Shown piece by piece: positions 40,401 through 52,400 of a stretch of 64,000 nt of DNA (position 1 is its first letter; each line of letters opens with the position of its first letter). Both the position numbers and the translations under genes were made by a program. The notes beneath the pieces were generated by a model. It did not search any database. It saw nothing but the letters and a program-made list of their open reading frames with translations, and was not told where the DNA came from. Origin of the DNA: Raillietiella orientalis (lineage: Eukaryota). The stretch spans positions 1,488,001 to 1,552,000 of the forward strand of contig JAYWIR010000020.1 in the NCBI GenBank assembly GCA_036172245.1, read 5' to 3'.

Positions 40401-43400
40401 ACGACTCTGTTTTGACGCGCCTAGTGCGTGCATTTTGCACCAGGCGGCAAGTGGGTAGGTCCCCAAGTTTGCAGTGACAACCGACAATTCATTATGGGAT
40501 CCCCTTGCTGGTCCTCCGCGCTTCCTCGTTCTTTACAGGTGAATCCGTGTTCCACTTGAAGGAAAAGGAACGCCTCTCGAGAGCACCTTAGCAACAGGAC
40601 CGAAACGCGAGAGCACTTGGAGGAAATTCGGCTGCGCGATAACAAGATGCCAGGGTGCGGTCGCAGAACAGGAATGACTGACGACTGAGCACGTGGTTGC
40701 GGAAAATAATCAGGGTACAACTGATGATGGAAACATGGGACACCCTCGCAAAGAAAAAGTCAAAGTTGAGATCCGTCGGGAAGGCTTGACGCTTCATCCA
40801 GCGAAAGAACACCCTTGTTCTGGTTTATGGGGGATTGGAGTCGGCGTGCCGAAGAGTGGTGGATCACGAGATGCCACACGGAAAGCAAAATGCTGATGAA
40901 CGCACGCACATCACCGTTTCGTACGTTCCCTGCCAGCAACCAGAAGGAAAAAAAAACATCCACAGACACAGACTTCCAAACTGCCAGCATCTGCTGTTTC
41001 CAAAATTCATCCGGTGCGAAGTGAATACTGAAGGAGGACCTCGAGGGATACCTTCGGAAGACGACACGAAACAAGAATCCTGAAACCAAGAACGTACGCC
41101 AAATGTACTTTCTGGTTCCTGCTGAGGCCTCCGCTGGCTCGCGTACCGAACTGGTTCTTTCTCTCGTGAAGCGCTGCTCACGAAAGAGGACAATCCACTC
41201 CGATGTGAGCTTCCTGAGTTAGCGGTGGCCCATTCGGTCTTTCGCTCCAAAGAGTGCACCGCGTGAAAGTGACTCTCCCGCGTGACGAACAAAGACCGGA
41301 GTAGACGAAAGACCGCGGTCTGACTCATAAGTGCTCTTTAGAAATTATCCTTGCCGAACGGAAGCACAGTCGACGCGTACTTCATGAACGAAGGACTCTA
41401 TTAAAGCCACTGATGACCCTTCAAAACTTTCTTTCCCTTGCTGCCTGGGAAGAGATCGATTACTTTTCAAACGGCTATCAATATTTATGGATTGCGGAGC
41501 ACCTTTGAACATCCGGTCTTGAACTATAACCTACGCAGGTTGGACGGCACAAGAAGAAAATCATCCGTGGTAATCTTGAAAGATTTCTGCGGAATTTCCG
41601 CCCACTGTGCGTGGACGGACAAAGTGGACTTTTCACGTAAGACGCTGACAGTGTATCCGTTCGTGGAGCTGAAAATGATGTGATGATGCTACACTTTGAC
41701 ATTTATACACCGATCTTCGCCAAGAGATCGAGAAGCGACCGTTGTGATGACGCCGGCGCTGCAGAAGGGAATGGTCGCGTACACGGAGCGCCCTCTACTC
41801 GGTCCTTTTCCGCAGTCGACTTTCAGCGCAGACAAAACGCTCTCAGAAGAAAGCACGGTATGCAAAGAATGAGAGCCATCAGAATTTGACAAAGAACACA
41901 GCAATTGCCCGCCGTAAAGGATTCTCCACGAGGGAAGGGCCGAGCTGTTATTTTGACAAGTTTCAAGGAACTGGTGAGATGGATTGTGATGCCTATAGAG
42001 AAAGAACACGTGTAAGCATAGGAGCCGTGCTACGGGTTGAAACCGTAATGGCATGCTCTCCATCAAAGTCAATGGGAAGTGCTTCCCTTGAACTTCATTG
42101 TTCTACAAAACAGGATAAGCAGATTCGTGCCAGGAGCCTTTCATACCGATCCAGTGATTTCTTGAGCTGAAGAAGCTTTCGTGGGCATGCGGAAAACGCG
42201 CATCTTCGGAGAGATTGCTCACCATCGTCGGCTGCTGCCGAATCCTGCAGTAAGATTTAAAGAGATATTTCCACTCTTCTGAACTGTAGCAATCTGTTTG
42301 TTTATTCAAAGGTTTCACTGGACATGCCATTTACTGTGATTTTTTTTTTTTTTACTTCTGCCATGCCTGTTTTTCTGATTTTTAGATTCGGATCCTTTTC
42401 TTCTTCGTGATTTAACGATCAGGAATGTGGAGAACCTCCTACTACACCATGTGCACGGGCAGAATTTTTGTGCAGCGTCATGGGTGGGGCCTTAGGAACT
42501 CAAAGCTTAACGCTCCCTCGATCTTTATGGGGTAGAAGATATACTACTGACCTCAAGTAAGACAGAAAGGACTTCTCTATGTAAACAAAAGAAATATTGA
42601 AGACCTCGGAAGGAAACCTTGCGTTCATTCTGACCTGCATTCGGTAAACCCTAAATTGAAGGTTTCCAGACGTTCACGAGGTCAGTTGTGATCGGAGGCT
42701 TTACTAGGTCACCAGGATGAAAGTTTATCCTACGTATACTCATGCACAACTTGGATAATTGATGCAAGATGAAAATTTCATCGTGCAAAACGCCTTGGTA
42801 GCAACAGAAAAATACGGCCAGCACCATCTCTTCAGAGATAAAATATCCGGAACAACTTCCAAAGTCTGTATGGAGCAATTAAAGGAAGAAAAAAAAATGC
42901 CTAAAGTGTCCACGGGCGTCTCCTGCAGCATCCGGGACATAAGAGACCTGAGATTTTCGTTGAAGATGGAAGATCAAAGAGTGCTTCGGAGGGAGGGGAA
43001 AACTTCGGAGGCAGCGCCCAAGAGACACAGAACGGGTAGGACCATTGCTTTTGTGTGGAGAAGAGGACCTCTGCGATTCCGATCCCAGAACGGGATCGCC
43101 GTGTAATTCCAACAAACTCGAGGAAGTAAAGGAGATCTGAACAGAACGTTGCTGAAGAGAAGGTCACACGACGGTTCGCGTTGCGCAAGTGGAAGCCGCG
43201 TGTTCGCGCGAGTCGCACTTCCGGACCGTTCGATTTCGAGCTCCGCCTCGACGGATTCTGAAGTCGGGATTCCTCATCCGGTGGCTGCAGAGACGGGTTC
43301 TTAAAATAAAATCCCATTTTTCTGCCAAGCAAAGATGCAAACCACGGAGTGTGGATGATGTAACGACGGACTTCTCAAGAGTCTGCCAAGAAGGCGTGTG

Positions 43401-46400
43401 TGATAGTAGAATGGAGAAAACGGCGCAAGGTATCTATATTTAAAACGAACTGAATGCATCCAGGAGTGTTCCAGGGAAAGGCACCTGGAATACATGCGGA
43501 CGAAAACGAATTCCTTTTTTTTTTTTTTTTTTTTTCGCCCCCTCTCTCCCCCTGCCGTTCTTCGAAACGTATTTACAGGAGGAATGTAGCTCCACGGAGA
43601 GTCTGTATTTATGAAAGAAGAGAGGCGGGTTGGACCGGTGCAAGCCGTCGCTCCGAAAGCGACTGCTTGCACCGGCTCCGTCTTCTCAGCCAGTCTCTTG
43701 AAGCGCAGGCAGAGAACCGCACGGTATCCCTCGACCGGGAGCAAATGGGAGATCAAGGAGCAACTCGGTGAACCTTTGAAACCAAACTCGTTCCGGTGTT
43801 TTTATGGGTAGCGCCATGAGCCGTCTGGCCCTGCAGGTAGGGTTCGCCTCGACTAGGACTGCTTGGACCAGATGGGGAGCTGCTGTGACCCAAAAACAGG
43901 CGTGGTATCTGCCTTTGTCAAAGGTCAAATGCCCGGGCAGAACGAGGACTCTCCTTTTCAATCACGCCTCATCGTTTCCATGAAGGATGGGCTTAAGAGG
44001 AGATGACACACTTGGAAGCCGCGGCACCCTGCAAGGTCAGGTCAGCTTCTTCCGAGTCTAAGCACTAGCCGACGAAATTGAGGGTCACCTCTTTCTGAAC
44101 TCGTTCCTTTTCAGCAGCGGGGATACACGAAACAGAATCCTGACCCGGTCGTCGAGTCGAAAGGATGCTGCGAAAGGCACTGCAAGCGGTGGTGAGTCCG
44201 CGACGCGTCGTTAAGCAGCCTTCGGAAGGAACGCGAGTCGGGTCACCGAGTGAATTTCTTGAAGAAAAGAAATCCATCCGGCGAAGCCGTGCTACTCGAG
44301 GAGTTTGCTGGAAGTAGCAGCACCCAAGGGGTCAATTCACTCCCAGGAGCACGCGGCAGAGACGCAGGAGACACACAACAACGCTCTTCAAAGCAGCAAA
44401 CGACAGCAGAGGACGCCCATAGGAAAAGACTCCGTCCGGGCGAAGAGCGGGAGTCCGCAACGCGTTCCAGAAGCCACGCAGAACATAAGCAAAGCAGGAA
44501 CATAAGCTTACCCAGTGCTCTGAGGAGGTAACCATGGGGAACGTTGCAATGTTATATTGTTTCCACTGATCATATATGTGTTTAGAAGTATTTCCGAAAC
44601 GTCTTTCTGATAGGGATTGATTGCAGGTATCCTGAGGAAGCGAGTCAACAGATCTCTAAGCAAATCAACAAACTGCGCAAACTTTCATTTTTTTTTTTTT
44701 TTTTTTTTTGTTTTGGTGCCTTTTCTTTACAAGAAAACCGAAGAAGAGGCGAAAGCAAGGCGAAAGAACAAACAGCAGGGTGTTCCACAGGGAGTCTGAG
44801 GAGGGCCACGCCGGGGTATGGCCGAGCGAGACCATGCGCGTTCGCCGGGAGCGAGCAAAAGGTGCACTCCTGAGGCGGCTGGGGGAGGGAGGAAGAGGGA
44901 GGGCGGAACGAGTGGCTCTGTAGGTCGCAGGGACGCGGCAGAAAGAGTGACCGAAAAGACTCCTTGGGAGCCGGGGGTGAAGCCGCGAAACCCCCGGAAA
45001 CAGCGGAGCGCAAGCGCCTCCGAACCTTGACGGGAGCACACACCGCCGGGGTGCGGCCATGGTCACGTGATCGGTGGTGCACTTCACCTTCCCACCGATC
45101 CAGAATCTCTCCCGTGCAGGCAGGCATCCTCTCGCTCTGAGCGGCCCGAGGATCTTGCCTGACCCTCTCCTCGCAGGGATTCGACTCCTTTCCCCCGGCA
45201 CTCCCTCCTCCGGGAAGAACGCACGCCTTGGTGGCGACCTAGGCAAGACGGGGTCGGACCGCACGGTCAGGGGAGCCTCTCCCTCGCGCCCCCTTTGAAA
45301 GACGCGTCCGCACCAACGCTTCGCCCCCGGAAGCGCGTGCGGATGGGGAGCTTCCCGGCTTCCCCCGGCGGGTGGGTCTGCGTTACCTGACGTGCGTTCG
45401 TCTCGGGCCGATCGCCGTCGGCGCGTGCCGGCGCCATCTCAAACGCTCCCGGGCCTGGGCGGATTTCCGAAGACTTCCCCCGCAAAAGGGCGGGAATGCA
45501 GGAAGTTGCGAGCGGGGGAGGGAGAAAGGGGAAGGGGAGGGAGGGAGGGAGGAGGGGGGGAGAGAGATGTTGCTGCTTCCCGTCGTCGTCCGCGCACGCG
45601 CGCACCACGTGGTGGCGGCTCCTGCGGCAGGGATCCTCGGAATGGAACGGGGTGCGGGCGGAAGGGGCGTGCGACGGGAGGAGAGAGGAGGGACCACTAA
45701 GCGTGTGCACACGCGAGAAGCCAGCTGGTGCGACTGGAGCAAGAGACCGCTCGCGAGCGCCCCCGTCGCCCGTCCTTATCAGATGCATGGTCACCGCCGC
45801 GCGCGGGAGCGAGGCGGCGGCGGAGGAGCGAGAGCACGCGCATACGGAGGGAGGGGAAGAGGAAGGAAAGGCGCCGTGCGGAGGAAGAGTAGGAATGAGG
45901 GAGAGTGGAAGGAAAGGGTGCGGCCTTCTCCTTCCGCACCCCCTTCAGGAAACCCAAGGAGCACCCCTGCCGGGTGGGTGGGAGGCGGGAGGAGGCAGCG
46001 GGGAGGGGAGGGACCGTCCGCATCCCGCCCTGTTCCTGTGATCACAAAACCTGCGTCGGAGACCGACTTCGCTTCCCCCCCCGCCCACTCGCTTGCTTCC
46101 TGCCCGCCGGCGGATGCCTGGCCGCGCCCGGTCCACACCGCGCGCGCTCTCCGCCGCGGGTGACTCCACGCGCGGCGGCCGGACGCACCAAAGTCCAAAG
46201 CTCGGACAACGCTAGCAGCCTCCGGGGAGATCGCGCGGGCCTCTTGCCGTGCGGAAGGGCGGAAGGATCGAGGACGGGGAGGAACCGATCTCTGCCAGCC
46301 CCTCCCCAGCGTGAGCTCCCTCTTGCAGACGGCAAGCGTCCGGGGGACTCGCGAGCAGCCCTGCGGCAACAGCCAATGCACGAATACTAGCAGGACGCTG

Positions 46401-49400
46401 TGACCGGGCGTGGGCGGCAGAGTGCGAAGGAACTCAAGTGCGGCTTGCAGAGGGGAGCTGCCCCGGGACGCAGACCGGAGTCCCTGTGAAGTCCTCCCTC
46501 GACCACACGGCGGCATCAAGGCAGGAGAGCGCACGTCCTGGACCCTTCCCCGAGCGAGCCGTCCGCCGCGCGGCAGCCCTTTCGGGACGAAAGACCCGCC
46601 GCTTCCTGGCTCTGCCCTCCCGCTGAAACCCACTGGGGACGCGGATGCCCGCCCTCACGCTCGCTTTGGAGGGGCGCCTGCCCGCCTGGAGTCGCACTGG
46701 AGCCTCCCGAAGGGAAGACCCGTCCTTCAGGGGAGCGGAAGATGCTAGAGGAGGGAAGGACGGAAGTTGCGCCCGAGAGGCCTCTCCTCTTGTCCTCTGC
46801 AGCGGGGGTCGGCTCCTCCGAGGACCCGAGCGGGTGAGGAAGGGGTCGCGCCCTTCGACTCGCCTCCTTTACCGTTCTCTCCAGGAGCCGCCCCAAGAAA
46901 AGGGCTGAACGTGCCCAGGGTAGGTGCCTCCGCCTGCTGACGACAGACCCCCTTCCCTTTCCTCCCTACTACCCCCTCCCCGCAGAGGGGAGGAAGAGAG
47001 GATGAGCAACTGCACCGCGGCCCCTTGGAGGCCCTTCATCCCTTAGTAAGGGCAAGTGCCCCCCTCTCTCCCCTCCAGGAAGGAAACGAAAAGCGGCGGT
47101 CGGGTCGCTGGGGGAGCCGCGCTGACGTCTCTGCCGGCAACCCGCAGGTGGAGGGTTACAGGCGGTCACTTACGCCGACGGTCCTGAGCAAACGCACCCC
47201 CTCTCGCCGATGTCCAAAAAGTCCAAAAGCTGCGGGATGAAAGCGCGCTCGCGCGCGCGAGAGAGAGAGGGAGAGATGAAAGAGAAGCCGGCACGATAAA
47301 CAAACCGGGAGAGATTCCGGGAGAGAGAGAGAGCAGAAGCACGCGAGAGGGCGTTGCTGTGGAGAGCGGAGGCACTTCAAAAGGCTCCGATCCACGACGG
47401 GCGCGATGCGGCTGGCTCTCCCGGCCGCTCGGCAGCTCCTCCTACGCCAGGACAGCGCTTGGAGGCGAGGGACGCGGAACGGGGCGGTTCGCCGGCGCTC
47501 CTTCCCTCCCAAAGGCGGCCTCCGTGGAACGGAGGCTCCGGAGGCAGCGGCGAGGGGGGAAGGCGAAAGCGAGCGGCCGCGGGAGAGCAGCGAACCTCGC
47601 GGGCAGATACCCAACATGGGGAGGAGGAAAACCCTTCCGGCGCAGAGTGGCGGCCAGCGAAAGCCCGCAAAAGGTCACTCGCACCCGCAGGAGGTCGGCG
47701 AACCTTCTGCGACCTGCTCCGGCCGACTCCCTTGGGCAAAAACGAGAAGAGGCGGGGAAATGAAAGGAAGATCGCACCCTCTCTCCTTTCCTTTCCGGTT
47801 CTCCTCCTCCCCTGTAGAAACGATCGAGAAGCAGTTAGGAGCTAGCCGAGAGCCAACCGGAGACGGGCTGCGCCGTTGTCAAGGGAACGGGGGTTATAGG
47901 CGAATGGCAGAGGAGGTGGGGAGAGAACTCGCGGGCCCCTTGCCTATGTCCCCTCCCCCCTTTTCTGGGGGGAACCCTCCCCGAGAGCTAAGGCACAGAA
48001 GACGTTGGTACCAGATCGGACTTACCTGGACGCGTCCGATCTCCTCGCAGGCGGACGACGTTCCCGGCGCTCGCGCCACCGCGGGCGACGATCGCAGGCG
48101 GGAGCGCGTGCCCGGCTCCTTGTTTCGGCGCGCCGCACCCGAAAGCGACATCCGCTCCTTCCTTCCACGCACTCTTCCTGTTCTGTGGACCGGGGAGCAC
48201 ACAGATGTTCTACCGCTGCCGCCGCCGCTCAGCAGCGCGCGAGTCGTGTATTCCACGGAGGCGACCCCGCCAATCACCGCTAGCGGGCCCTGGCGGTCAT
48301 CTTCCACCTGGAGAGCAGCGAGCCTCTCGCCCTACCCTCGTTCCCTTGAGGGGTGCCGCGCTGTTGCTGCGATCCCGCTTACGTCCGCGCCACGGCGAGG
48401 AAAGGAAGGGGGGAGGGAGAAGCGGGTAAAGGGAACGGGGAGGGAAGGGGGGGGGGGGGAACACACACACACGCACGCACGCGAGCGGGCGCCGAGAGTC
48501 GTGGTCGCGCGCAGGCGATTCCGAACAGGACGTGAGTGGACTGAAGTGCGTAGCGTTCGTTGCCGGGAGCCCGACGTGGTCTTCGGGAGAAGACGCATCG
48601 CGCACGCTCGGAAAGCAAAGAATCCGCGAGCGGCGGCGGCGGCGGCGGCGGCGGCCAGCCGAGCGAAAGGCAAGGGCGCAGGCACGTTCAAGGGCACTTG
48701 GTGACGCGGAGCTCGCGCGCACTCCCTGGGGAGCGCTCGAAGGCGCGCCTCCGCAGCAGCAGCCCATTCTCAGGAGCGACTTTCCAGAAGACCACGAGAC
48801 CGGGCGGCGCGCCCCTCCCCGAGGGCAGGTGCTCCGAAGCATCCGTTCTGCGCCGTACAGCACGCAGTTTCATTGTGCCGCTTGATTTACAGCGACGCCC
48901 GTTGCCAACGCGACCAGGTACACCGGCGCAGACGGCGTGGCTAGAGCGAGACGAAGAGCGTGGCCGAGATGGAAACAAAAAGAAAAAAGCGAAAGGGGGG
49001 GGAAAAAAAAAAAAAATGGGGATGACCTGCTCGCAAGGCGAAGAAGAAGTGGCCTTCGGGATGCACTTCGACGGAACGCGCGTCCCATCTGCAGGGTGAC
49101 GCCTCGGGAGATGGAAGAGGCGGGTCTCCACCCTCCCCCCGCCCCTCTCTCTGTCTTCACGAACACATGACAGACGCACGTGTTCCGTTCGCGCGCATGA
49201 CCACGTGGAAGAAGTGGAAGCGAAAATAATGAATCGAGAAAGTTGCTGCGAGCTCGGCTACGATGCCCGAGAAGGGAATGGGGAGGCGGCACGTGACTCC
49301 GGCTCGGGCAAGACCTCTCCGTCGGTTTCCTCCTCAGCGTCCCGATAATTATTCCTTCCGCTCACCCGGCGACCGTTTGCATCCGAGACGAGATGGGGGA

Positions 49401-52400
49401 GAAGCAGACGAGCACGCGTACGCCGTTTCCGTCACGTGGAAACGCCGCCTTTTTGTTTGTCGCTGCTCGATTGACGGCCCCGTTGCGTGGATGCGGTTTT
49501 CCGCTGGGGAGAGCACGCGAAAGCCCACGGGCAGTCGGTTCCCTCTGGAGCATCGAAAAAAAGAAAAGAAAAGAAAAAAAAAAAATCCCGCATCGTGCAG
49601 CATCCTCTTAAAACCGTGCGGAAAAATCGGCCGAGCTGTCCCACTTTCCTCACGTTTCGCGAAAACACGGGAGATAAAAACGGTTTCGCTGCGCTTCGGG
49701 AAAGAATTCCATTTCTTCCCCCCCCCCCTCTCCCTCCCTCCCTCCCTTCCTTCCTTCCTTCCGTCCCCCTCCTCCGCGTCTCCAAGACGACGATGGAGTT
49801 TGAATAAGCCTACGAGGAGCGAGAACGCGCAACAATGAACATAAATCGCGAGGCGCACAAAGGGAAGCGTCGCGAGGGACGAGAGGGGGAGGGGGGATGG
49901 TCCGCAAAGGCTTGGTGCGCACGCGGAGCTGCAGCTCGCTCAGCTGGCGCACGTCGACCTCAGCCTGCCACCCCGACGTGCCTCAAGACCGCGACCTCAA
50001 GCTGCCCTTCCCTCCCGAGAGGGACTTCTTCGGGATCGCCTGCGACGCGCGCTCTGGATGCCGGCGCTGCGGGGCGGGCCCGAGCCTTTCGGGGATGACG
50101 GAGTGCAGGATCGGCGCGAAGTTCGAAAGGGAGGAAGGGTGAGTGAGATGAAGCAGAATCCCGGATCCGGAGAGGTTTGACCCATTTTTCGGTGCGCCGC
50201 CGCCCTGGATCAGTGGAGCCCATTCCCAAGGCCCGAGATGCGTGTACGTGCCTAGTGCATAGTGGGAGAGAAAGATGGCTGGCACTCCTCCCCCTTGGCA
50301 GGGATGGAGCGGACACAAGGTCAAGGCACCGCGTTTCTTTCAGCGACAGATTGCTGGGATGGTTAGCCATTCCGACGTGAACTGTTCCGTGCGGCGACCA
50401 GTGCTGAAGAGCACACACCGCCCGCATCATCATGAGGGTTTAGTCCATGCCCATGCTGCCCGAAGATCAGGTCCAGGGTCCCCTATACGGTTCGAGGCAG
50501 AGAATAAGCCGACTGTTTTGCCCGAACAGGAAGGGCAAGCACTACCCATCCCGATTTGGGGAGTTCACACGCGGAAGACGATGAAGCCATCTGCTGACAG
50601 CAGGTGAAAGCTTCAAGCCAAGCGTTGTCGTGGCCACAACTCTTCGCTGCCTGCCTGCGGAGACCTCGTGCTCGACGGGAACGAGGCCGAAGGAGAGGGA
50701 AACGCGGCAGCATCCCCGACTGCGTGTCCACTTTCAAAGAATTTCCTCTCCTCTTTTCCCTCTTTTTCTTGTTTGCAGGTAACGACGAAAATCACAGCGA
50801 TCGAGCTAATTGGGAGCTTCAGATTGGCGAATTGAGGTGAACGTTTACTTCGTGCTTTTCATTTGATTTTCAATTGAGGAACGTAATTATCGCAAAGGGT
50901 AAGTCGAGCTCCTAATGCATGACCCCCCCCCCCCCTTCCATCACTTGAAATTTCCACCGAACGCGCATGCATCTCTTCGCTTCCCGCATATGCACACGTG
51001 GTCCCGTTATGTACGTCTGCACGGAAGGCGCACACACCTGTACACGTACGTGCACGTATGGACGTGTTCACAGAGAACCACAACCAGATTTGAAACACAA
51101 CACTCCCGGGTTTCCTGGCCATATGACGGAAGTGTCGCGCAGTTGCGCAGAAGTGGGCCACAAGAAAGCGCGCTTCAGTTCTCTCCGCTCGGTAAGAAAG
51201 CCAACGGGCCTTCCTTCCCCTCAAAGAGACTGGAGGTTGTTTTCTCAGGACCACTCTTTCGGAACGTGGGTCGAGCAGGGCCGTAGGAAGCGGGAACCCA
51301 TTTGCATCGCAAATGCATGCATCCAAAACGGTTCTTCTGGGCTGCGATTTCGAAACGTGCGATGTCGCTGCTTGCAAAGCGGCTGTTCCGGGAGGCAGAG
51401 AGGGTCAGTAAGCGGCCCCGGCCCGCTCCGCTCTTGGCCACCGGGACCGGCGCGAGTGCTGGAAGGGCCGAATGCGTCTTCGCAGATCCTCGTCGGCAAG
51501 GCACCTGTCGTCGGTGCTGCAGGCTGCTGCCCATCCATCCTCAGGAAGGCCCGTCGCATCTTCGGGATCGGGTCGCACGGGGTCACGCTGCGTTCCTCCA
51601 GCAGGAATTCGCTCCCCTTGCGCTCGAGATCCGTCGTGGCGCGCTCCGTACCTGAGCTCAGACGAGAAAACCGAAAAGTCCGCATTCGATCCCGGAGGCA
51701 AAACACGGGACGCACTTCGCGTCCGTTTCACAAGTTCTTCAACTGGGGGGGGAAGGAAAAGTTCTGCTTACCTTTGGCTCGCAAGCTGGATGGCAGGTGT
51801 ACTTGCAGACTGAAAGCGACAAGAAAAGATTAAACGGGATGCTGGAATGTTTTGGTGGACCGCTCGGCGTTTTATCAAAAATCCCTAATCACATTTCACG
51901 AACCCACATCATTTCAATCGGCATTAGCATGATCCCGTAATTAGATAAACGTCTCGATTGGGTTTCTACGTGACCGGGCGGCTCATGCTCAAAACATCAC
52001 GGGACGGAGAAAGATGCGGCATTAAATTATCCCCCTCCTCCGGAGCGGCGAAGACCACTCTCGTCCTCATCTCAAAGTTGCATGTTTTCTCTAGCATGGC
52101 AGGAGAAACGGGGGGGGGGGGGGGGGGGGCAGAAGAAGAAGACGTGAACCAAAAGGGACAGCTATCGAATAAACAAAGACGTATCGATGGACGGCAGAGC
52201 GGGTCCGCCGGTGAAAACATCTCCCGGAAGGTATGCTGCGGAGGTGCCGTGGAACCGCTCTCTTGGAGGAGGAGAAGCTCATCTCCATCGAGGGTGTAAC
52301 ACCAGACGGCATCAAGTAAATAAATAAATTCCCAAACCTCTACCGGGTTTTTTTTTTTTTTTTTTTTTTCCCCGGTCCTCGCAAGGGAAAACAGGCGAAA

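Larger units (their letters stand above)
44780..50300. promoter_or_regulatory. GC/CpG-rich block, candidate internal tensin promoter region
   Basis: Sharp rise in GC and CpG, G-tracts, GTCACGTGA E-box near 45062, and a candidate ATG-bearing exon at 45387-45437. Function is inferred. Confidence 0.35.

Noticed and set aside
47406..48704. 432-aa plus-strand ORF
   Set aside because: Antisense to a tensin exon; translates microsatellites (HTHTH, poly-Ala); no domain.
51400..51745. Acceptor-like sites just after the C1 micro-exon (near 51743 and 51652)
   Set aside because: One implies a ~29-nt intron with an immediate stop; the other reaches a stop in the required phase 0.
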